Assembly (NCBI GenBank): GCA_964419095.1
Contig: CAYQOG010000002.1
Coordinates: 1-50,356 of the forward strand
DNA: 50,356 nt
From: Candidatus Micrarchaeota archaeon
GTDB taxonomy: Archaea > Micrarchaeota > Micrarchaeia > Micrarchaeales > CABMGC01
Direction of reading: 5' to 3'
Under the pieces are notes generated by a model, which was not told the DNA's origin, did not search any database, and saw only the letters and a list, made by a program, of their open reading frames with translations. Shown in pieces: positions 32,425-41,153 of the stretch (within the stretch, counting starts at the first letter, position 1; each line of letters starts with the position of its first letter). The translations under genes and the position numbers were made by a program.

Positions 32425-32783
32425 ACACATCTATACTCATAGACGCCATAGACCACGGAAGGCACACCGACCTTCTTAATAGTGATAACAGCATCTCTGT
32501 AATCAGCATCTACGAGTTCATCAGGTATAAGAAGAGGGCCTTAGAGAATAAACTGCTCCTAGAAGACTCCTTCAACGTTATAGGGATAAACAATCCTATT
32601 CTTTTAAAGTCAACAGAAATATTCGTAAAGCTCAGAGCAAAAGGCGAGACCATAAGTGAAAACGACATATACATCGCTGCGGCAGCATTATCAAACAGCA
32701 TGAGATTGTATACAAAGGACAGGGATTTCCTACAGATCAAGAAACATTTCAAGGATTTCAAGCTCGAACTGATAAGCGACTGA
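32403..32783 (+). CDS. vapC: PIN-domain toxin (VapC family)
   Basis: 126 aa. ILDTSILIDAID at the N-terminus, then ..NDIYIAAAAL.. and ..LYTKDRDF, follow the PIN acidic-residue pattern. Confidence 0.85.
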   Translation: MAEKSILDTSILIDAIDHGRHTDLLNSDNSISVISIYEFIRYKKRALENKLLLEDSFNVIGINNPILLKSTEIFVKLRAKGETISENDIYIAAAALSNSMRLYTKDRDFLQIKKHFKDFKLELISD

Positions 32784-32788
32784 ACAGG

Positions 32789-33667
32789 CTAACCTTTTTT
32801 CAGTGCAGCGGCTATGTCTCCTGATATGTCAACAGTCTTGGCGTCCGAGCACGGGATCGTGTTGGTGCCATAGACCCTTGTTATGCCTGCCTGCTTCATC
32901 CTGTTGTAAGCTCCTTCTGCCATTATGAGGTGCACAGCGGCGACAGCGACCTCTGTCGCTCCCCTCGAGTACGCGAAGTTCGCAGCCAGCCCTATTGTAC
33001 CTCCGGTGCTTATCATGTCATCGACGATCAGCACCTGCTTGCCGTCGAACCGCTCCTTAGGAGTATTCTTTATGCTCACCGTGCCTGTCTTTGTGTCCCT
33101 CTCCTTGTCTATGTGCGTGTAATCGCATTTGAGAATCGATGCCGCAAGCTTTGCGAGCGTCAGGCTTCCCTTGTCAGGCGCAAGCACGAAGGGAGTCTTC
33201 AGATCTCCAGCGACTTCCTTCATAAGCGTCCTTATCGGGCTTATCGAGATTCCCTTTCCCTCGAAATGCGTCAGCGGCTCGTCCTTGTGCAATTGCACTG
33301 TAACAAGCCGGCCGATGCCCATCTTGTTGAAGAGCCTCATCACCACGTTTGCGCTCACGGCCTCTCCGTCGGTGAAGCTCTTGTTCTGGCGCATGTACGC
33401 AAGGTATGGCACAACCGCGCAGATGCTCTTAGCCTTCATGCTCCATACTGCATCAGCCATGAAGAGCAATTCCATGAGATGCCTCTCCTGCGGCGCATAT
33501 GTCGATTGCACTATCACCACATCCTCCCCATAAGCGTTGAAAGGAACTTTTACCGCAAACTCGCCATCGGAAAAGCTCTTCAATTCCACTGCAGAATACT
33601 TCGCCTTGATTAGCTTCGCAAGATTTTTCCCCACACTGCCAGCCGCGGATCCACCAAGGACTATCAA
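32789..33667 (-). CDS. prs: ribose-phosphate pyrophosphokinase (PRPP synthetase)
   Basis: 292 aa with FSDGE, the PRPP-binding loop LIVDDMISTGGT, and APDKGS. Confidence 0.9.
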   Translation of the reverse strand: MIVLGGSAAGSVGKNLAKLIKAKYSAVELKSFSDGEFAVKVPFNAYGEDVVIVQSTYAPQERHLMELLFMADAVWSMKAKSICAVVPYLAYMRQNKSFTDGEAVSANVVMRLFNKMGIGRLVTVQLHKDEPLTHFEGKGISISPIRTLMKEVAGDLKTPFVLAPDKGSLTLAKLAASILKCDYTHIDKERDTKTGTVSIKNTPKERFDGKQVLIVDDMISTGGTIGLAANFAYSRGATEVAVAAVHLIMAEGAYNRMKQAGITRVYGTNTIPCSDAKTVDISGDIAAALKKG

Positions 33668-33675
33668 TCAAAAAC

Positions 33676-34119
33676 CTACATCCTGTTGAGTCTCTCTATT
33701 CTTCTCGAATATCTCTCTTCGCCCTTGAAGTCGGCGTTGAGCCATGCAGAGACTATTCTCATGGCTCCCTTGCTACTGCCAACCTGCCCCGCAAGGCAGA
33801 TCACATTGGCATTCTGGTGCTCCTTGGCCCATCTCCCCGTCTTCGCGTTCCAGCAAAGGGCAGCTCTTATTCCTTTGACCTTGTTGGCTGCCATGCTCAT
33901 GCCGTGGCCCGAGCCGCAGATCAGTATGCCTCTCCCATCTCCTTTCAGAGTCTCCCTGCATACCTTGTCCGCATAATCAAGAAAATCGTCCTTGCCGTCG
34001 TATTCCTTTGGACCCATGTCACGGACAGAGTAACCTTCCCTGGCAAGCTGCCCCGCCAATGCGCCTTTCAGCTCAAAGCCCCTATGGTCGCTGCCAATGT
34101 AGATAACGCCTTTTGCCAT
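33676..34119 (-). CDS. rpiB: ribose-5-phosphate isomerase B (RpiB/LacAB family)
   Basis: IYIGSDHRGFELK and ILICGSGHGMSMAANK. The ATG at 34119 is preferred. It lies directly upstream of prs. Confidence 0.88.
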   Translation of the reverse strand: MAKGVIYIGSDHRGFELKGALAGQLAREGYSVRDMGPKEYDGKDDFLDYADKVCRETLKGDGRGILICGSGHGMSMAANKVKGIRAALCWNAKTGRWAKEHQNANVICLAGQVGSSKGAMRIVSAWLNADFKGEERYSRRIERLNRM

Positions 34120-34206
34120 GACTCCACACCACAATAAAGAGCAATAGCATATGCCGTGAAAGAGATATAAATATAAGCATGGCTCTGCAACTTCCTATCC
34201 GGTAGG

Positions 34207-35103
34207 ATGATAAGGCATTACCTGATGGAGATGTTCGAGCCCACGCTGCTCTACGGCTTTGCGCTCGCACTGCTCGGAGTCGCAGCCGCGTACCATTACG
34301 GCCATTTCCTGTTTTCATACGCAATCTTGGTGATAATCGGAACGGTTCTGGCGCAAATGTCCGTTAATGTCATAAGCGATTATTTCGACTACAAGAGCGG
34401 ACTTGACAGGGAACTGGTGAAGAAGAAGTCGGGCAATCTGGCTGGAGGAAGCTCACTGATGGCAAAAGGTCTGATAAAACCCGGCAGGACATTGGCACTT
34501 GGCCTTTCGACGCTCTCTATCGCAGCACTGATAGGAATTTACCTGCTTTACACAAGGATCCAGATACTTCCTATAATGGTAATAGCAGCGTTCTCAATAT
34601 TCCTTTACGCCAAATATGTCAAGAGAATACCTTATCTCTCAGAGCCGGTCTGCTCCCTCAATTACGTACTTGTGACTTTCGGCAGCTTCATCGTGGTCGC
34701 GGGCGCATCATCGCTTACGTATGCATTGGTATTCTCGTTTATACCCGCAGGCATAATGCTCGGCGGAAATGCCCTATTCGTGAACGAAGTTCCAGACAGG
34801 GTCGTCGACAAAAAATACGGGGTAAGGCACAGCGCAGTCATGCTGAAGACAAACCAGAAGATAGGCATCTATTACCTTGGCATACAGCTAATTTGCTTTG
34901 CAATAATTGCGATCGGCACAGCAGCCAAAGCAATACCCATTCTCGCAGCTGCATGCTTCCTTGCACTGCCTGCCACATATTATGTTTTCAAAGGATTATA
35001 TGAAGGTGATTCAAAAAATTACGGCAGATACCTGCAGACACATACCATTGCATCGGTCGTGCTTGCATTGATCCTCTGCGCAGCTTACAGTACAGGAATA
35101 TGA
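34207..35103 (+). CDS. menA: UbiA-family prenyltransferase, MenA-like (1,4-dihydroxy-2-naphthoate prenyltransferase)
   Basis: 298 aa with about 8-9 TM segments. NVISDYFDYKSGLD (N-x-x-x-D-x-x-D-x-x-x-G-x-D) and a second Asp-rich region (NEVPDRVVDKKYG). Confidence 0.75.
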   Translation: MIRHYLMEMFEPTLLYGFALALLGVAAAYHYGHFLFSYAILVIIGTVLAQMSVNVISDYFDYKSGLDRELVKKKSGNLAGGSSLMAKGLIKPGRTLALGLSTLSIAALIGIYLLYTRIQILPIMVIAAFSIFLYAKYVKRIPYLSEPVCSLNYVLVTFGSFIVVAGASSLTYALVFSFIPAGIMLGGNALFVNEVPDRVVDKKYGVRHSAVMLKTNQKIGIYYLGIQLICFAIIAIGTAAKAIPILAAACFLALPATYYVFKGLYEGDSKNYGRYLQTHTIASVVLALILCAAYSTGI

Positions 35104-35112
35104 CGTGAAACA

Positions 35113-35796
35113 ATGAGCAAAAAAATACAGAAAATATTCACTGACGTCGCAAAAAGATACGACAGGGTAAACAAGACAAGCAGCCTCGGTCTCATAGTAA
35201 ATTGGCGCAAAAGGGGCGCGGCAGAGTCGCTGATATCCAAAAATGAGTACACTATTCTTGACATTGCTACTGGCACGGGAGAACTTGCGCTTGAGATAAT
35301 GCGCACTGCAGAGAAAAACGGGAAGAAAGTTAAAATGACCGCAATGGATTTGAACGAAAATATGCTTGAGGTGGCGCGCGGAAAGTTCGGCAATGGGAAT
35401 CAAATAAGAATAGAGCGTGGCGACGCAATGAACCTAAGGTATCCAGACAACACGTTCGATGTGGTGACATCTGCATTCGCACTCAGGAACGTTGACAGTT
35501 TGGAGAGATTCTCAAGCGAGGCAAGGAGGGTGCTCAAGAAGAGCGGTAAATTCATCTTCATGGAGATGGCAAGGCCTGACACTGCTGCAGAAAGAGCGCT
35601 ACTCCGTGCATACTGGATCGCAGTTAGCGGAATCGGTATCCTGTCAGATAGGAAGGCCTATGACTGGCTGGTCGAGAGCATCGATACCTTCGACAAACGC
35701 GCCTTTGTAGTAACGCTAAAGAACGCAGGATTCAGGAACATAAGATCAAGGAATTTGCTTTCAGGAGCCGCATTCATGGTCACGGGTAACAAGTAG
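35113..35796 (+). CDS. ubiE: UbiE/MenG-family SAM-dependent methyltransferase (demethylmenaquinone methyltransferase-like)
   Basis: IFTDVAKRYDRVN (UbiE N-terminal motif), SAM motif I ILDIATGTGELA, and the post-I/II regions DAMNLRYPDNTFDVV. Confidence 0.82.
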   Translation: MSKKIQKIFTDVAKRYDRVNKTSSLGLIVNWRKRGAAESLISKNEYTILDIATGTGELALEIMRTAEKNGKKVKMTAMDLNENMLEVARGKFGNGNQIRIERGDAMNLRYPDNTFDVVTSAFALRNVDSLERFSSEARRVLKKSGKFIFMEMARPDTAAERALLRAYWIAVSGIGILSDRKAYDWLVESIDTFDKRAFVVTLKNAGFRNIRSRNLLSGAAFMVTGNK

Positions 35797-35804
35797 GTTG
35801 TAAG

Positions 35805-36494
35805 ATGGAGAGCGATAACGCAGCAATGTATTCCGAAGCGCATAAGAGCTACGACTGGACAAACCATTTCCTCAGCTTCTTCGCCGATTCTTCGATGAGG
35901 GAAAAGGCTGCAAAGGAGGTTCTCAGCTCCAATCCTGAAAGGATAATAGAGATAGCAACGGGAACTGGAGACACGGCAATCGCTATCGCAAAGCTCGCTG
36001 CAAAAGAATCAAGAAAAATAGAGATAATCGCGATGGATGCAAATGTGGATATGCTTTCTGTGGCCGCAAAGAAGGCCGCATTCGAGAAAACCCTTCCAAT
36101 AGACTTCGAGAAAGGAGATGCGCTCAACTTGAATTATCCTGATGGCTATTTCGATGCCGTTGTATGCACCTTTTCCACAAAGAACTTCTCCAATCTCGAC
36201 AGGTTTGCGGGAGAGGCAAACAGGATACTTAAACAAAAGGGCAGGCTGGTGATTGCAGACATGTCGCGCCCTGACGGGACGCTTAACAGAGCCGTCTTCA
36301 ATGTCTACCTGGTGTACATGAAGCTGATAGGCACGCTTGCAGGTAAAAAGCTTTACAGATGGCTGTCTGGAAGCACAAGCTCCTTCAACAGAAGCAAATT
36401 CCTGGCAGTGCTCTCGAAGAACCGCTTCTCAAAGCCGACGGTGACCGAGTTCTTCTTCGGAATAGCATATATTATATCCTGCGCAAAGCAGTAA
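35805..36494 (+). CDS. second UbiE/MenG-family methyltransferase paralogue
   Basis: YSEAHKSYDWTN, IIEIATGTGDTA and DALNLNYPDGYFDAVV have the same architecture as the gene 8 nt upstream. Confidence 0.78.
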   Translation: MESDNAAMYSEAHKSYDWTNHFLSFFADSSMREKAAKEVLSSNPERIIEIATGTGDTAIAIAKLAAKESRKIEIIAMDANVDMLSVAAKKAAFEKTLPIDFEKGDALNLNYPDGYFDAVVCTFSTKNFSNLDRFAGEANRILKQKGRLVIADMSRPDGTLNRAVFNVYLVYMKLIGTLAGKKLYRWLSGSTSSFNRSKFLAVLSKNRFSKPTVTEFFFGIAYIISCAKQ

Positions 36495-36535
36495 GATTAT
36501 TATATCTGTTAGCTCTATATTAATACAGTGTTAAT

Positions 36536-36778
36536 ATGGTTAAAGCCATAATAGACATAACTGACGAAGCAAACAGGGTCTTGAATATCATAAAGGCACA
36601 GTACGACTTGAAGGACAAGTCAGAGGCCATAGACGTAATGGCAAAGGAATATGAAGAACTTGTCTTTGAGCCCAAAATAAAACCGTCGTATCTGAAGAAG
36701 TTAAAGAAAATAGAGAAGGAGCCGCTCGTCCACATAGGGTCTCTTAAGGAGTTCAGAAAGAGATACAATATGGACTGA
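36536..36778 (+). CDS. DUF2683-like antitoxin
   Basis: 80 aa. MVKAIIDITDEANRVLNIIKAQYDLKDKSEAIDVMAKEY matches the DUF2683 pattern found upstream of RelE-like genes in archaea. Confidence 0.65.
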   Translation: MVKAIIDITDEANRVLNIIKAQYDLKDKSEAIDVMAKEYEELVFEPKIKPSYLKKLKKIEKEPLVHIGSLKEFRKRYNMD

Positions 36779-36787
36779 GGTGCCTTT

Positions 36788-37057
36788 GTGGACGTGCCAT
36801 ACGAGTTAAAGGTTAGAAAACATGTCGATAGGCTATTTACCAAAATGGCAAGGCGAGACAGGCGCAACCTGGAAATAATCTACAGAAAGCTTGGGGAGGT
36901 ATGCGAGGATCCAGAAAAGTTCAAACCTCTTAATGCGCCTATGCAAAACCTTAGAAGAGTTCACGTCCTAAAGAGCTTCGTGATATTTTATTCCATAGAC
37001 GAGACTGCGCATGCTGTCTGGATTGAAGATTACGATCATCACGATAACGTATACTAA
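36788..37057 (+). CDS. relE: RelE/ParE-superfamily toxin
   Basis: 89 aa with a GTG start preceded by GAGGTG. ..KFKPLNAPMQNLRRVHVLKSFVIFYSIDE.. fits the RelE beta-sheet core. Confidence 0.65.
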   Translation: MDVPYELKVRKHVDRLFTKMARRDRRNLEIIYRKLGEVCEDPEKFKPLNAPMQNLRRVHVLKSFVIFYSIDETAHAVWIEDYDHHDNVY

Positions 37058-37071
37058 CTAAAGGAAAAAAC

Positions 37072-37842
37072 ATGAGAAACAGGAGAATGCATCGGATGGG
37101 TCAGGTCTTTCTCACGAATCCGAGGATAGCTGCCTCTGAAGCCGAACATGCCCTGGGGAAAGTGGTCCTGGAGATGGGCCCCGGTCCCGGAATACTCACG
37201 CGAGCGCTTCTCAAGAAGGCAAAGAAGGTCATTGCCGTGGAAAAGGATGCGGCGCTCTACAGATCGCTAAGCCTGCGGGTAAGATCCAGGAAGCTGAAAC
37301 TGATAAACAAAGATTTCTTCGATGCCACCGACGAGGAATTGGAACTTCCTTCTGTGGACATAATGATATCCAACATACCGTATTCCTTGTCAAGCAAGAC
37401 GATAGAATGGCTATCGGAAAAGAAGATGCAGGCTGTGCTCTGCCTGCAGAAAGAGTTCGTGGACCACATGCTTGCAAATGAGGATACGAACAACTATTCC
37501 CGTCTAAGCGTCATGACCGCATTGTCCTTTCGAGTTACAAGAATATTCGAGGTATCAAGGGGAAACTTCAAGCCCAATCCGCTTGTTGACTCTTCAATAA
37601 TATACATAAAACCGATAGCAAGCGTAGACCCGAAGGACGCGGCAATAATAAGCGCACTGATGCAGCACAAGAAGAAGACGGTAAGAAAGGCGATTGTCGA
37701 TTCGAGCTCAAGCCTCGGCATTGACAAGCAATCGCTTGCGTCGGCAATGGACAAGATAGAAAGAAGGAGCGACCGCGTCTTCAAGATCCCTCCCAAGGAA
37801 ATGCTTCCGCTCGCGCAGGAAATAAGAAGGACCTTAGAATGA
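37072..37842 (+). CDS. ksgA: 16S rRNA (adenine-N6,N6)-dimethyltransferase KsgA/Dim1
   Basis: GQVFLTN, SAM motif VLEMGPGPGILT, and the catalytic ISNIPYSLSS. Confidence 0.9.
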   Translation: MRNRRMHRMGQVFLTNPRIAASEAEHALGKVVLEMGPGPGILTRALLKKAKKVIAVEKDAALYRSLSLRVRSRKLKLINKDFFDATDEELELPSVDIMISNIPYSLSSKTIEWLSEKKMQAVLCLQKEFVDHMLANEDTNNYSRLSVMTALSFRVTRIFEVSRGNFKPNPLVDSSIIYIKPIASVDPKDAAIISALMQHKKKTVRKAIVDSSSSLGIDKQSLASAMDKIERRSDRVFKIPPKEMLPLAQEIRRTLE

Positions 37843-38484
37843 GTACTGCGATTCCTCCATCTGGGTGAGGAATACTGCCTTCCCGACCTTTTCCCTGAAA
37901 AGCTCCTCTGCCTTCTTTGACCCTTCCTTTCCAAGCACCATCTTGTAGTGCATAGGTATGTACTGCTCTGCAATTATCGCATGCGCGGCCTCTATGGCCT
38001 GGTTGACGTCCATGGTATAGGTTCCGCTCATCGGTAAAAGCGCCATGTCCACCTTCAGTCCTTTCATCTCGTCTATGAAATCAGTGTCCCCAGCATGGTA
38101 GAGCCATTTGCCATTTACGTTCACTATGTAGCCGACCCAGCCGTAGCCTTTCGGATGCTTGTCCAATCTGTCTTTCACTACATTGTACGCGGGAATGGTC
38201 CTGAATTCTACGCCCTGTGCCTTGTACCTCTTGTTAGGCTCGACGCCCTTGACACTGCCTATAGGTATCTTGTCCACGCTGTCCTTCGGCACGAAGATCT
38301 CTGTCTTGTCGTCCGCTATCTTCTTTATGTCATCGAGGTTCATGTGGTCGAAATGAGGATGCGTTATTAGTATCAAATCTGCATGCTCCCTCACCTTCTC
38401 GAGCCTGAACGGATCGATGTACACATTCTTCCCGTTTATCTTCAGGAGGAAAGAGGCGTGCCCTATCCAGTTTATCTCAGCCAT
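37834..38484 (-). CDS. metallo-beta-lactamase-fold hydrolase (UPF0173-like)
   Basis: INWIGHASFLLK and ITHPHFDHMN (H-x-H-x-D-H). The ATG at 38484 is preceded by GGTGGAG. Confidence 0.85.
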   Translation of the reverse strand: MAEINWIGHASFLLKINGKNVYIDPFRLEKVREHADLILITHPHFDHMNLDDIKKIADDKTEIFVPKDSVDKIPIGSVKGVEPNKRYKAQGVEFRTIPAYNVVKDRLDKHPKGYGWVGYIVNVNGKWLYHAGDTDFIDEMKGLKVDMALLPMSGTYTMDVNQAIEAAHAIIAEQYIPMHYKMVLGKEGSKKAEELFREKVGKAVFLTQMEESQYSF

Positions 38485-38547
38485 AAACTCCACCAATGAA
38501 CAAATCCCAGAGTAAGTTAATATAGCTGCAAAAGGCTATTTAAAACC

Positions 38548-39108
38548 ATGGCAGTCAATTCAGTCCAACCTCCTAAAAGAGCCACTCGCAGGCCTAGGTG
38601 GGAAGAGGTCGACAAGCATGTAGTGCGTGGGGTTGTTTCTAAGGACGGCGGAGTCGTGATGCTGAAACGGAAGCACGATGATATAGGCGAGCTGGTGGGA
38701 GGAAAGGTCCTGAAACCTGACCTTTCTTTAGTAAGACCCCGCAGGGGCGAAACGTACGAAGGCGCAATCCTGAGAACCGTGCATAGACTCGGCGGAAAAG
38801 TAGAGACGCTGGGACAAGCGATGGTCCGGGAGACTGCAGAGGAGCTCGGAGTCGCAGAAGAGGATGTCACTGTGACTGGTCACCTATTTACATTAAGATA
38901 TACCTCAAGGGAAGCAAGGGACGGCCCACGTGCTGCCATGGACATTTTTACGGTTACAGTGAATGGGGATAAGAAATTCCGCATAAACGATGAGGAGCAT
39001 TCAGGACTCTTCATAGCCACACGAGAGAGCTACCCGAACCAGCGCATAGAATGGAAATCTGTATTGGGCCTTGAGCTCTCCATGGGCATACGTTCTGTCG
39101 AAGTGTAA
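38548..39108 (+). CDS. NUDIX-like protein with an atypical, interrupted Nudix box
   Basis: GGKVETLGQAMVRETAEELGV resembles a Nudix box shortened by about 3 residues. A second GGKV lies 31 residues upstream. TATA-like TTAATATA at 38514-38523 fits a leaderless ATG at 38548. Confidence 0.5.
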   Translation: MAVNSVQPPKRATRRPRWEEVDKHVVRGVVSKDGGVVMLKRKHDDIGELVGGKVLKPDLSLVRPRRGETYEGAILRTVHRLGGKVETLGQAMVRETAEELGVAEEDVTVTGHLFTLRYTSREARDGPRAAMDIFTVTVNGDKKFRINDEEHSGLFIATRESYPNQRIEWKSVLGLELSMGIRSVEV

Positions 39109-39157
39109 GTGCAGGGCAGGCAGAAAGCCTTTTATCCCTTGTTTGCGAGATGCTAAC

Positions 39158-40066
39158 ATGGCATCAAAGCAATATGTCTGGTTCGACGGCAAATTTGTTG
39201 ACTTCGAGAAGGCAAACGTTCACATACTCACCCATTCTTTGCAATACGGGAGCGGAATATTCGAGGGAATACGCGCCTATTCCACTGAGAAAGGTCCCGC
39301 GATCTTCAGGCTCAGGGAGCATGCAAAGCGATTCCTCAACAGCTCAAAGATAGTTGGCCTGGACCTGCAGATGCAGCAAAAGGAGATAGAGGAAGCAATC
39401 AAGGAAGCAGTGAAAAAAAACAAGCTGGAAAGCTGCTACATAAGGCCGTTCGCATTCTACAACGACCAGGGGATAGGCCTCAATGTAGTTGGCAAGAAGG
39501 TCAGCGTCGCGATAGCCGCACTCGCATTCGGAAACTACTTCGAGGGCAAGGATGCAGGGATAAAATGCAAGGTCGCATCGTGGCAGAGGATAAATTCCTA
39601 CGTATTGCCTCCGCAGGCGAAGCTCAGCGGCAATTACGCGAATTCGATACTCGCATCGCTGGAGGCAAAGCTTGCAGGCGCCGACGAAGCAATACTGCTT
39701 TCTCCAGGCGGATATGTTGCAGAAGGCCCTGGCGAGAACATATTCCTCGTCAATGACGGAAAGATAATCACCCCTTCAAAGGACTCGGACATACTCCTCG
39801 GGATAACAAGGAATTCGATAATCAAGGTTGCGGAGAGCATGGGCTTCGAGGTTGAGGAGAGACTTGTGCATAAGGAGGAACTTTACACGTGCGACGAGGC
39901 GTTCTTCACCGGCACTGCAGCGGAGCTCACCCCGATAACTTCGATAGACTCGAGGAAGATAGGCAATGGGAAGCCCGGGCCCATAACAAAGGTTCTCGGC
40001 GACAAATTCTCAGGCGTAGTCCACGGAAAGGAGAGGGAGTACATGCAGTGGCTCACATTCCTCTGA
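39158..40066 (+). CDS. ilvE: branched-chain amino acid aminotransferase (class IV PLP enzyme)
   Basis: WFDGKFV, GSGIFEGIRAY, AEGPGENIFLVNDGKIITP and LLGITRNSII. The ATG at 39158 is preferred. Confidence 0.9.
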   Translation: MASKQYVWFDGKFVDFEKANVHILTHSLQYGSGIFEGIRAYSTEKGPAIFRLREHAKRFLNSSKIVGLDLQMQQKEIEEAIKEAVKKNKLESCYIRPFAFYNDQGIGLNVVGKKVSVAIAALAFGNYFEGKDAGIKCKVASWQRINSYVLPPQAKLSGNYANSILASLEAKLAGADEAILLSPGGYVAEGPGENIFLVNDGKIITPSKDSDILLGITRNSIIKVAESMGFEVEERLVHKEELYTCDEAFFTGTAAELTPITSIDSRKIGNGKPGPITKVLGDKFSGVVHGKEREYMQWLTFL

Positions 40067-40129
40067 CCAAAACTGTAGCAATCCTTTAAAATCCATTATG
40101 TTAATAAGGAAATTAGCGGGGCTTGCCAA

Positions 40130-41101
40130 ATGCTAAAGATTCGCACAACTTATGCGGAAGCAAGAGCAGGCATACATCCGGACATTCCTGCCAATTTTAA
40201 TCCAAGTAGTGATGACCAGAGAAGCAGGGTGGCGCTCACCCTCCTACTAAGGGACAGGTTTGCGCCTTTATGCGATGAAGTAGCATCGCAAGTGCGGGGG
40301 ATGGATGCAGCAGCGATACAGCAGGTAAGCGGCCTGGTTGACATAGCGCTCGGCGCGTACGACCATCATGTCCCATTCCATTCTGCCGTAAATGCCGAGG
40401 TAAAATCGTATTTTTACGTGAAAGGGATAAGCCGTTATGGCAACTACTATTACGATAAGAAGAGGCTTACAGACGCGGAATTCGAACTGATGGAACCGCT
40501 TAGGATACCTGTAGGCGCGTATGGGAAAGGATTCGCACTCCGCCTTGCAATAGCGACAGGGAAGATGCTCGAGCTGACGGGCAACATAGCAATGGACGGA
40601 GCAACGGCACTAAAGAGCGAAGAGCCAGACCTGCTCAGGAAAACAAGCGTGAACGATCCCGTCGGCATACTCAAGGACGGGATAGTCTCGATAGCAGGAA
40701 GCTTCTCGCTCCTGATGGCGGAGCCAATACCTGGATACGAGAGACCACTTGATGCTATGGAGGCCATACACAACGCATCATTGCCGAGACAACTCTCCCT
40801 TGTGACTCCTTTCGGGCTCATGGGACCTATGATCGGCGACGGATTCTATATAAAAGGAATTGTCTCGGTCGGCGAGACAGGGAGGCTGAAACTCAGCACA
40901 GCTTTCGTAAAAGCAGCGCATGCCGCAAAGGAGAAGAGGAGGGCTTCCGGCGAACTGCTGCGCGACGTAGCCTGGCCGACGGGCACCGGACTCGATTACG
41001 GCTGCCCCGTAGGGAAGAAGGTTCCCGGAGAGGAAGAGAGTGCGATAAGCGCTCTTACAGAAGCAGTTCTCCATGTCTTCAGGCTGACGTCTCAGGCATG
41101 A
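40130..41101 (+). CDS. hypothetical protein, paralogue 1 of a tandem three-member family (323 aa)
   Basis: It shares LLLRDRFAPLC, PVGAYG, TSVNDP, DGIVSIA, FSLLMAE.IPGYERP, QLSLVTPFGLMGP, YIKGIVSV, GCPVGKK and LTEAVLHVFR with the next two genes. Confidence 0.7.
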   Translation: MLKIRTTYAEARAGIHPDIPANFNPSSDDQRSRVALTLLLRDRFAPLCDEVASQVRGMDAAAIQQVSGLVDIALGAYDHHVPFHSAVNAEVKSYFYVKGISRYGNYYYDKKRLTDAEFELMEPLRIPVGAYGKGFALRLAIATGKMLELTGNIAMDGATALKSEEPDLLRKTSVNDPVGILKDGIVSIAGSFSLLMAEPIPGYERPLDAMEAIHNASLPRQLSLVTPFGLMGPMIGDGFYIKGIVSVGETGRLKLSTAFVKAAHAAKEKRRASGELLRDVAWPTGTGLDYGCPVGKKVPGEEESAISALTEAVLHVFRLTSQA

Positions 41102-41116
41102 TTTCCTTAGAAAAAC

Positions 41117-41125
41117 TATTTATAA
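41117..41125 (+). promoter_or_regulatory. TATA box (TATTTATAA) for paralogue 2
   Basis: The context is GAAAAACTATTTATAATGG, ending 28 nt before the ATG at 41154. A near-identical box precedes paralogue 3. Confidence 0.55.
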
Positions 41126-41153
41126 TGGGAGAGGCAACCAGAACTGGAGCAAT

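Noticed and set aside
32930-33613. 227-aa plus-strand ORF antisense to prs (and 33129-33533, 33686-34137 antisense to prs/rpiB).
   Set aside because: These are embedded antisense ORFs within confidently identified genes, with no motifs.
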